From a virus, in the UHGV virus genome UHGV-0247912: a DNA stretch of 12,589 nucleotides. The stretch is one strand, 5' to 3'. Under the pieces are notes generated by a model, which was not told where the DNA came from, ran no database searches, and was given only the letters and a program-made list of their open reading frames with translations. A program made the translations under genes and the position numbers. Each line of letters begins with the position of its first letter. The stretch's first letter is position 1. This document shows positions 7,312 to 12,589 of this stretch, piece after piece.

Positions 7312-8364
7312 TCAAAGAGCGCCACATCGTGTATCACGTAGCGTTTTTGGTTTAAGCAGGAAATCAAGTGTCGCAGTGAAGCCATCGCCGAAGTAAAAAT
7401 CTGAAGCATTGTTTTTGAACGTTTCAAAGTAGGCGACAAAGCCGTTAATGCTTTTGTCTTTCAGGTAGTCAGTGAACGCATAAATCTTGCGTTCAAGATC
7501 CCGATCCAGTTCGGCAGGTGGCAACATGCCATCAAACGTGCTGTTAAATGCCTCCACTACGTCGGCAGCGTTTGCAGTGGCTGACAGTTTGCGCCATTTT
7601 TCAGCATCAGCCAGATACCCATCAAATTTAGTCACCCGGCAAATGTTTATAGGCTTAGGTGTTCCACCACGGCTACGCCATTGCGTTAAAGCCCACTCAA
7701 TCACTAATGTGATCTCATCCTCCGTATACGCTTTACGTGTTTTTGTTTCTGTCAGTAGTTCTACGAATGGCTTAGCATCACGACATTTACACCCTGCCTT
7801 TTCGTTGTAGAAGTCAAGGCAACGCAATGCCGCATCGCTTATCTGAAAGTCACCATCCTGATTAACTTCTTTTCTTTTTATATTTTTCTTTTCTTCTTCT
7901 GTTTCTTTTTCTTCTTCTACTTCTATTTCTAATTCATGACCCTTTCCTGACCCGGTCATGACCCTATCATGACCCTTTGGTGTTGGATTGATTAACTTTT
8001 CTAATTTTAATTGCTCCTTCGCTGTGTTTATGGCGGCCCTGTAAGCGCTTTTAGAAGTCATTGATTGGTCCAGCCTTTTCAATAACTTTAAACAAGTTAT
8101 GTGGCCTTGAGAACATTCAAACAAACCAATTTCGATGAAGTATTTCATCATTTCTTCTATACGTTTTTCAGTAGATCCGACGTTTCGCGCAATGATTCTC
8201 GCGTCATGTCGTAGGTCAAAAGTCAGATTGTGCTGATCTACGTCATAAGTTATTAGTTCGAGGCAATACCAATAAAGCCCGTACCCTTCCAGGCCATAAT
8301 CTAACAAAACGTTTTGAAGTTTTTCATCGCGGTTCGCATCGCTGTCATGCTTAAACCACTTCAT
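7312..8364 (-). CDS. replication initiation protein / replisome organizer (O-like, phage replisome-organizer N-terminal domain type)
   Basis: 350 aa; N-terminus MKWFKHDSDANRDEKLQNVLLDYGLEGYGLYWYCLELI matches the replisome-organizer N-terminal domain pattern; acidic/basic linker; RBS GGAGGG; lies directly downstream of the immunity region. Confidence 0.8.
   Translation of the reverse strand: MKWFKHDSDANRDEKLQNVLLDYGLEGYGLYWYCLELITYDVDQHNLTFDLRHDARIIARNVGSTEKRIEEMMKYFIEIGLFECSQGHITCLKLLKRLDQSMTSKSAYRAAINTAKEQLKLEKLINPTPKGHDRVMTGSGKGHELEIEVEEEKETEEEKKNIKRKEVNQDGDFQISDAALRCLDFYNEKAGCKCRDAKPFVELLTETKTRKAYTEDEITLVIEWALTQWRSRGGTPKPINICRVTKFDGYLADAEKWRKLSATANAADVVEAFNSTFDGMLPPAELDRDLERKIYAFTDYLKDKSINGFVAYFETFKNNASDFYFGDGFTATLDFLLKPKTLRDTRCGAL
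7861..7933. repeat. AT-rich homopyrimidine/homopurine tract next to the iterons (candidate DNA unwinding element)
   Basis: About 70 bp almost entirely C/T on the plus strand (cttcttttctttttatatttttcttttcttcttctg...); encodes the Glu/Lys-rich linker of the initiator. Confidence 0.5.
7934..7977. repeat. four tandem 11-bp iterons (TCATGACCCTT-like), candidate origin of replication inside the initiator gene
   Basis: Plus strand units: 7934-7944 tcatgaccctt, 7945-7955 tcctgacccgg, 7956-7966 tcatgacccta, 7967-7977 tcatgaccctt. Units 1 and 4 are identical; the period is one helical turn. Confidence 0.6.
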
Positions 8365-8367
8365 AGA

Positions 8368-8625
8368 TCATCCCTCCGGCAACATCACTACATAGACATC
8401 ACTGAATGCATCAAGACGACAAACAAATCCTTTATCCATTAACGCGGCGAAGGCATCATGTACCGTATGAACAGGAAGTTCACACATTGCGGCTACTTCT
8501 TTGCGTGATGCATCATGTACCCGTCCTTTGTTATCTGCCTTTTCAGCCAGAGCCATTAAGACAAGTTTTTGAATCGGGCTATTAAGTTTTACGTTCCATG
8601 CTTTACTAATCATGTTTATACTCAT
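8368..8625 (-). CDS. small HTH / winged-helix DNA-binding protein (85 aa), first gene of the rightward-type operon (Cro/CII position)
   Basis: ATG at 8625 with AGGAG RBS (track ORF 8368..8703 starts earlier without an RBS); KLVLMALAEKADNKGRVHDASRKEVAAMCELPVHTVHDAFAALMDKGFV looks like a winged-helix DNA-binding domain. Confidence 0.55.
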   Translation of the reverse strand: MSINMISKAWNVKLNSPIQKLVLMALAEKADNKGRVHDASRKEVAAMCELPVHTVHDAFAALMDKGFVCRLDAFSDVYVVMLPEG

Positions 8626-8733
8626 CGCATTTTCTCCTATGGTTAGAGTGAACGCGCGGGCGGGCATCCCATTAGCATTAGATAGCAGTGACTGACCGCT
8701 CAACAGATCCCGCCGTTGCGTGATATTTGTTTT

Positions 8734-8767
8734 TCGCTTCGCAGCGACACCGGATTTTTAAAGAGCA
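8734..8767 (-). promoter_or_regulatory. candidate nutR-like site (boxA-like plus hairpin) in the minus-strand leader
   Basis: Minus strand reads TGCTCTTTAAAAAT (close to lambda nutR boxA CGCTCTTAAAAATT), then 6 nt, then hairpin UCGCU-GCGA-AGCGA. Confidence 0.3.
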
Positions 8768-8809
8768 TAAGGTAAGTGCCTTTTTGTGCCTTCCGTATCT
8801 TTTTCCTTG

Positions 8810-8929
8810 CGTCTTTGCAAGTATGGCCTTACCTTGTCTGCAAGTTTACAAAATGGAATTTTAAGATCAAGGCTTAAAATACACGTTTTGTGACTTGCAT
8901 CAAACTTTTTGAGGTTATAGGGTAGCGAC
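8810..8929. promoter_or_regulatory. divergent immunity control region (PR-like and PRM-like promoters, candidate operators)
   Basis: Lies between the divergent cI-type gene and the minus operon. Heptamer TGCAAGT at 8816-8822 and 8839-8845 and its complement ACTTGCA at 8893-8899. Possible minus-strand promoter TTGATG (8905-8900), 16-nt spacer, TATTTT (8881-8876). Exact operators and promoters are not resolved. Confidence 0.4.
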
Positions 8930-9577
8930 ATGAAAACAAAATGGTATGACTTAGCAAAGCAGCTCATGCGGGCGCAGGGCATGAGCCAGGATTCACTCGC
9001 GGATCGTATGGGGATAACTAAAGGCGGCCTGTCACACTGGCTGAACGGTCGCCGAGAGCCAAATCTTGAAGATATTGCGCGGATTATGCGCGAGCTTGGT
9101 CGTCGGCAGTTTACTGTTACACATGATGGCATGGTCATTGATGATTCTGTTTCTAATACACTTCAGGCCGTGCCGCCGCGTGATTTAGGTAGTTACCCGG
9201 TTATTGACTGGAAGGACACAGTAAACAATATGGATGACGCAAGGCGTTCAGCATTACGACACGTTACGACTAGCGTTATTTGTTCAGATGACAGTTACTG
9301 GCTGGTTGCCAAAGGTGAATCAATGAACGCGCCGCAGGGGTTGAGCATCCCGGCGGGGACGATGATACTTGTGGACCCGCACGCGCCAGCTATTGACGGC
9401 AAACTGGTTATAGCCCAGCTTGAGGAAGGGCAGATACCGACGTTTAAACAGTTGATTATTGATGGAGGTCAAAGGCTTTTACGTTCGCTCAATCCGCTGT
9501 ATCCGCCAATCCCTATGAATCCAGAATCAAAAATTATAGGCGTGGTGGTTGATGCGAAGATCGTAAACCTGCCATAA
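8930..9577 (+). CDS. cI: cI-type phage repressor (N-terminal HTH, C-terminal LexA/S24 autopeptidase domain)
   Basis: 215 aa; HTH GMSQDSLADRMGITKGGLSHWLNG; C-terminus GESMNAP...TFKQLIIDGGQRLLRSLNPLYPPIP parallels lambda cI ([24 protein letters not shown]) including the catalytic Ser and Lys. Confidence 0.9.
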   Translation: MKTKWYDLAKQLMRAQGMSQDSLADRMGITKGGLSHWLNGRREPNLEDIARIMRELGRRQFTVTHDGMVIDDSVSNTLQAVPPRDLGSYPVIDWKDTVNNMDDARRSALRHVTTSVICSDDSYWLVAKGESMNAPQGLSIPAGTMILVDPHAPAIDGKLVIAQLEEGQIPTFKQLIIDGGQRLLRSLNPLYPPIPMNPESKIIGVVVDAKIVNLP

Positions 9578-9582
9578 ACATT

Positions 9583-9607
9583 AGCCGCCGAATGGCGGCT
9601 TTTCTTT
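9583..9607 (+). terminator. rho-independent terminator after the repressor gene
   Basis: AGCCGCC-gaat-GGCGGCT (7-bp GC-rich stem) followed by TTTCTTT, 6 nt after the stop codon. Confidence 0.65.
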
Positions 9608-9699
9608 GCCTGGAAAACACCAAAACGTAAACAGAAAACGTTATTTATTATTTAAATATCAATGGCATATAAAATATTTTAAAAAAGTATACAAAATGG

Positions 9700-9728
9700 A
9701 TTGACTCGATGTTTTACGGGGCGTATAT
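9700..9728 (+). promoter_or_regulatory. strong sigma70-type promoter (PL-like), AT-rich upstream region
   Basis: -35 TTGACT (9700-9705), 17-nt spacer, -10 TATATT (9723-9728); very AT-rich 9640-9698 (UP-element-like). Confidence 0.5.
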
Positions 9729-9983
9729 TGCGAGTCAAAGGAAGGGCGCAGGTAACAAAAGCAACTTCCTGGCACTTTAAAAATCAGGCTTAACACCTTG
9801 TCAACCGTGGAGTAACTCCCCGATGGGGGACCGAAAGCGGCACTGATAACAAGGCGCATGGGGTGTTTAAAGCGTTACATCCCCCACGAAACCGCACGCA
9901 AGGCGACGAGTCAGCTTGCTTGGAGTGAGCAAGGTCACGCCGGGAACGGCGATGATTGCGGGATTAGTTGAAAGATGTTAAGC

Positions 9984-10021
9984 CGCTCATTAACAATCTG
10001 GTCAGCCGCTGGAAGTGCGGC
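9984..10021 (+). promoter_or_regulatory. candidate nutL site: boxA-like CGCTCATTAACAAT plus boxB-like hairpin
   Basis: CGCTCATTAACAAT (9984-9997) resembles boxA (CGCTCTTA / GCTCTTTAACAA); 7-nt spacer; hairpin GCCGC-UGGAAGU-GCGGC (10005-10021) with a purine-rich loop; sits just upstream of the N-like gene. Confidence 0.5.
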
Positions 10022-10077
10022 AATTAACGAAGATGATTTTTTATTAAGTATCATCAAGGATATACGGAGATCAGATT

Positions 10078-10368
10078 ATGAGCGTTACAATTATATATGG
10101 TAAATGTGATAGCAAAATGAATGCCAGGGAACGCAGAAGGATAAAAAGAGAAAACGAAAGAAAATCATCACCTGCAATCAATAAAACAGACAATGTGGAT
10201 AAAGCTATTCGATTTGCAAACGAGGAAAGATGCAAACCAAATAGCATTAAAGAACGTCGCAAAGGATCAGTAAAATGGTATACGGAAAATGAAAGCGGCA
10301 GCTACTACCACGCAACGCAACCACGCCATTTAGGGGAAAAACCCCTGGATAAAGTCCGCTACCATTAA
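10078..10368 (+). CDS. N: N-like transcription antitermination protein (arginine-rich motif)
   Basis: 96 aa; N-terminus MSVTIIYGKCDSKMNARERRRIKRENERK has an arginine-rich motif like lambda N (MDAQTRRRERRAEKQ) and, from memory, P22 gp24; first gene after the PL-like promoter and nut-like site; RBS GGAG 8 nt upstream. Confidence 0.7.
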   Translation: MSVTIIYGKCDSKMNARERRRIKRENERKSSPAINKTDNVDKAIRFANEERCKPNSIKERRKGSVKWYTENESGSYYHATQPRHLGEKPLDKVRYH

Positions 10369-10398
10369 TACAAAATGTAAACATCCGGAGGTGACATT

Positions 10399-10521
10399 AT
10401 GGTTATTCAGGCGCTTCAATTCAAACTGGCAGTAGCGGAAATGCTTCACGATGCCGAAATGTGGAGCGCCGCGAATAAAGCCTTATACATAGTGTTAACA
10501 GCACGGGAGATTAAATGGTGA
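10399..10521 (+). CDS. small hypothetical protein (40 aa), translationally coupled to erf (Arf-like position)
   Basis: Manual translation: MVIQALQFKLAVAEMLHDAEMWSAANKALYIVLTAREIKW. RBS GGAGGTGA before the ATG at 10399; its stop overlaps the erf start (ATGGTGA). Confidence 0.45.
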   Translation: MVIQALQFKLAVAEMLHDAEMWSAANKALYIVLTAREIKW

Positions 10522-11159
10522 AAACAGAGTTACATAAAAAGCTATGGACGATTCAGCAAACGCTGAACGCGCCGAAAAATCAGCGTAATAATTTTGGTGG
10601 ATATAATTACAGGTCGGCGGAGGATATTTTAGAGGCGGTTAAACCACTGCTTCAAAGTATTACGCTGACTGTAAGCGATGAAATTGTCCTGATCGGCAAT
10701 CGCTATTATGTGAAAGCTACGGCGACGCTAAGCGACGGTGAAGACGAAATAGCGGTAACGGCTTACGCCAGGGAAGAAGAAAGCAAGAAGGGAATGGACG
10801 CAAGCCAGCTAACAGGTGCGACATCAAGTTACGCGCGAAAATATGCTTTGAACGGTTTATTCTGCATTGATGATGCGCGAGATCCTGATACTGACGCATA
10901 CGCTAAGCAGACAGGCCAGCAGCCTCGCCAGCAGAAAAACCCACCAAAACAACAACCACAGCAGCAGAAAGCGCCGCCAAATCCTGATGAAGTATTAGCA
11001 CGTTTCTGTGATGCAGCAGCGAAAGCGCAGGACGCTAACAAGCTGCGTGAAATATTTGGCAAATGCTGGAAATTACTACCGGAAGGATCGGAACATCGAA
11101 TCAAGGCAAAAGATGTTTATGACATCCGGGTAGCAGAGCTTAACGGGGAGATGGGTTAA
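10515..11159 (+). CDS. erf: Erf-family single-strand annealing recombination protein
   Basis: 214 aa; NFGGYNYRSAEDILEAVKPLL...GNRYYVKATATLSDGE...AREEESKKGMDASQLTGATSSYARKYALNGLFCIDDARDPD matches the conserved Erf core (P22 Erf-like); Q/P-rich linker. Confidence 0.9.
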   Translation: MVKTELHKKLWTIQQTLNAPKNQRNNFGGYNYRSAEDILEAVKPLLQSITLTVSDEIVLIGNRYYVKATATLSDGEDEIAVTAYAREEESKKGMDASQLTGATSSYARKYALNGLFCIDDARDPDTDAYAKQTGQQPRQQKNPPKQQPQQQKAPPNPDEVLARFCDAAAKAQDANKLREIFGKCWKLLPEGSEHRIKAKDVYDIRVAELNGEMG

Positions 11160-11563
11160 TGAGTTTAAATTCAATCACGCTGGGCGGGAATATCGGTAAT
11201 GATATGGAGGTTCGCTACACACAAAACGGGAAAGCGATTGGTAGTTTTCCGTTAGCTGTAACGAATGGCTACGGCGATAATAAGCGGACAATGTGGGTCA
11301 CTTGCCTGGTATTTGGTGAGCGTGCGGAAAAATTAGCGCCACATATCCGCAAGGGTGGAAAAATAGTGGTAAGCGGTCGCCTGGATGTTCGGCAATATGA
11401 CCGGAACGACGGCACGAAGGGAACGGCGGTAGAAGTGGCGGTTAACGAATTTGAATTCATGAACGTTAACCAACAAGGCCAGCAGCAGAAAGCGCCTCCG
11501 CAGCAGCAGAATAATAACGGGAATAATCCGCCGATGGACTTTGATGACGATATCCCGTTTTGA
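11159..11563 (+). CDS. ssb: single-stranded DNA-binding protein (short phage SSB)
   Basis: 134 aa; OB-fold N-terminus (ITLGGNIGNDMEVRYTQNGKA...), Q/N/P-rich linker and acidic C-terminal tip DFDDDIPF; start overlaps the erf stop (TAATG). Confidence 0.9.
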   Translation: MSLNSITLGGNIGNDMEVRYTQNGKAIGSFPLAVTNGYGDNKRTMWVTCLVFGERAEKLAPHIRKGGKIVVSGRLDVRQYDRNDGTKGTAVEVAVNEFEFMNVNQQGQQQKAPPQQQNNNGNNPPMDFDDDIPF

Positions 11564-11578
11564 TCCAATAGGTTAGCG

Positions 11579-11857
11579 ATGGTTGATTATCTAAAACCGC
11601 CACCACCGCCACGAACAAAAGAGCAAGTATTAAAAGAAGCCCGTGATCAAATCGATCGCGGGCTTTTTTTATGCGGCACGGCAGCGGAACGGATGGCAAA
11701 AAGATTTAGTGACCTGTACGCAAAACAAATATGGTTCGACAACTGGCAGGCAAGTTTTTATCCGCTGCAAAGAAAACCGGATATGCACTGGCCTGAATAT
11801 GTCGATCCACGTATGCGCAAATATCGCGGGCGTATGGGCCAGGTCATTAACGATTAA
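11579..11857 (+). CDS. hypothetical protein (92 aa), proline tract near the N-terminus
   Basis: Continuous with the erf-ssb operon; stop 12 nt before the next gene; weak RBS. No family recognised. Confidence 0.45.
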   Translation: MVDYLKPPPPPRTKEQVLKEARDQIDRGLFLCGTAAERMAKRFSDLYAKQIWFDNWQASFYPLQRKPDMHWPEYVDPRMRKYRGRMGQVIND

Positions 11858-11869
11858 TGAGGTGTTATC

Positions 11870-12094
11870 ATGATTGAAGAAAAAGAAGTAGATAAGGAAA
11901 TTCCTGACGGTTGTGATGAGCTTATTTGTTTTGACGGCGGCCTGTATGAGTTCGAAACGTCTGCAGGGTGGCACGATAAATGGCCTAAGCCTACTCGCCA
12001 GGAATTAAGCGACCGTAAATCATTCGGCGAAGATGCCGAACGGCTGGCTAATAACAAATGGCTTGATAAGTTAATTGCGGAGGGTGGCAAATGA
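11870..12094 (+). CDS. hypothetical acidic protein (74 aa)
   Basis: RBS GAGGTG 5 nt before the ATG at 11870; stop overlaps the next start (ATGA). Confidence 0.5.
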   Translation: MIEEKEVDKEIPDGCDELICFDGGLYEFETSAGWHDKWPKPTRQELSDRKSFGEDAERLANNKWLDKLIAEGGK

Positions 12095-12204
12095 GCTTTG
12101 CAAAAATTGCCGCATTGCTTGCGGCTTTATCTATCGCCGTGCTGTATCTCAGTGTATCTCTTTATATCACGGTAGCGATCATTAAACTCATTACTAACAT
12201 GTGA
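12091..12204 (+). CDS. small hydrophobic membrane peptide (37 aa)
   Basis: Manual translation MSFAKIAALLAALSIAVLYLSVSLYITVAIIKLITNM; RBS GGAGGGTGG upstream; overlaps the upstream stop. Confidence 0.4.
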   Translation: MSFAKIAALLAALSIAVLYLSVSLYITVAIIKLITNM

Positions 12205-12212
12205 GGCCAATC

Positions 12213-12332
12213 ATGAAAGTCGGTAAGGATATTGTGACTGTCGCGTTTTGCATTATTTGCTTCCTGTTTGTGGTTGTTTCTTGTGGCGCATTTGCTGCGT
12301 TGGTTAGCTTTATTTTTAGAGGATTGCCGTGA
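12213..12332 (+). CDS. small hydrophobic membrane peptide (39 aa)
   Basis: Manual translation MKVGKDIVTVAFCIICFLFVVVSCGAFAALVSFIFRGLP; RBS GAGG 6 nt upstream; stop overlaps the next start (TGATG). Confidence 0.4.
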   Translation: MKVGKDIVTVAFCIICFLFVVVSCGAFAALVSFIFRGLP

Positions 12333-12589
12333 TGAAAACATGGGATGCAAAGGCTGGTGATCTTGTTGTGTTGCCTGAATATCGTGATGACCCTGGCCTG
12401 GTTGTACTGAATAAGATATATAACGATCTCGAGCGCCCGCTAGTGGTTAAATACCTGGACGGAACAATCATAGAACCGCGCTACTTTGATGAGATTGAAC
12501 TAAAGGCCCACAATGTTCGCGTTAAGCCGTTCCGTGCTTATGTTGAAAACCACTGGCGGAAATTGTTCGCCGGACTGAATGGGATGTTT
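12332..12589 (+). CDS. hypothetical protein, 3' end outside the window
   Basis: Open frame from ATG 12332 to the window end with no stop (MKTWDAKAGDLVVLPEYRDDPGLVVLNKIYNDLERPLVVKYLDG...); RBS AGAGGA upstream. Confidence 0.45.
   Translation, partial: MKTWDAKAGDLVVLPEYRDDPGLVVLNKIYNDLERPLVVKYLDGTIIEPRYFDEIELKAHNVRVKPFRAYVENHWRKLFAGLNGMF

Larger units (their letters stand above)
1..12589. mobile_element. lambdoid temperate prophage, partial: integration, nin, replication, immunity and early-left recombination modules
   Basis: Co-occurrence and operon layout of integrase, excisionase, NinB, DnaB-family helicase, replisome organizer, divergent cI-type repressor, N-like antiterminator with nut-like sites, Erf and SSB. 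No element boundary (att) is visible in the window. Confidence 0.85.

Noticed and set aside
7312-7439. N-terminal extension of track ORF 7077..7439 (120 aa)
   Set aside because: The extension overlaps the C-terminus of the replisome organizer in another frame and has no RBS; only the 33-aa hydrophobic part with a strong RBS is retained.
8758-9138. 126-aa minus-strand ORF across the repressor start, including a 57-aa version starting at the ATG that overlaps the cI ATG, considered as a possible Cro
   Set aside because: No RBS possible (the start is embedded in the repressor start), no HTH pattern, largely antisense to the repressor; treated as non-coding operator/promoter DNA.
9659-9859. 66-aa minus-strand ORF in the PL leader region
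   Set aside because: Lies across the predicted PL promoter and leader, antisense, no RBS; the region is better explained as regulatory and leader sequence.
9858-9971. 37-aa plus-strand ORF (ATG at 9858) inside the PL leader
   Set aside because: The Shine-Dalgarno-like AAGG is only about 3 nt from the ATG, and the sequence looks like structured leader RNA; kept only as a remote possibility.
10829-11568. Cys-rich minus-strand ORFs 10829..11104 and 11269..11568
   Set aside because: Antisense artifacts of the CAG/CCG-rich linker-coding repeats in erf and ssb.
11643-11974. ORFs 11643..11873 (+) and 11669..11974 (-)
   Set aside because: Overlap better-supported plus-strand genes (92 aa and 74 aa) that have RBSs and operon continuity.
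12162-12350. 62-aa minus-strand ORF
   Set aside because: Antisense to the two tandem hydrophobic peptide genes; no RBS.
1-12589. Searched by eye for CRISPR arrays, tRNA or rRNA genes and IS elements (terminal inverted repeats, transposase motifs)
   Set aside because: No regularly spaced direct repeats with unique spacers, no tRNA-like cloverleaf candidates, and no transposase-like ORFs were seen; the only tandem repeats are the 11-bp iterons.

Overview
This window reads as the early/immunity region of a lambdoid (lambda/P22-like) temperate prophage in a roughly 50% GC enterobacterial-type background; both ends of the element lie outside the window. All calls are from reading the sequence and ORF track by eye; no searches were run. 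Left edge: a P4-type tyrosine integrase (+, 5' end outside the window), convergently overlapped by an excisionase-like gene. A long minus-strand operon (about 8625 down to 1098) follows: HTH regulator, replisome organizer with an embedded iteron origin, a 33-aa hydrophobic peptide, a Rha-family protein, an HTH-metallophosphoesterase fusion, a DnaB-family helicase, a tR2-like terminator, then a nin-like region (NinB, small coupled ORFs, and two low-GC cargo genes). Divergent from it on the plus strand: a cI-type repressor, terminator, PL-like promoter, a boxA/boxB nut-like site, an N-like antiterminator, Erf, SSB and several small ORFs including two tandem hydrophobic peptides. No rRNA, tRNA or CRISPR array was seen. 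The most likely places for an undescribed function are the two low-GC cargo genes, the HTH-phosphoesterase fusion inside the replication module, and the small membrane peptides; none can be assigned a function from sequence alone.
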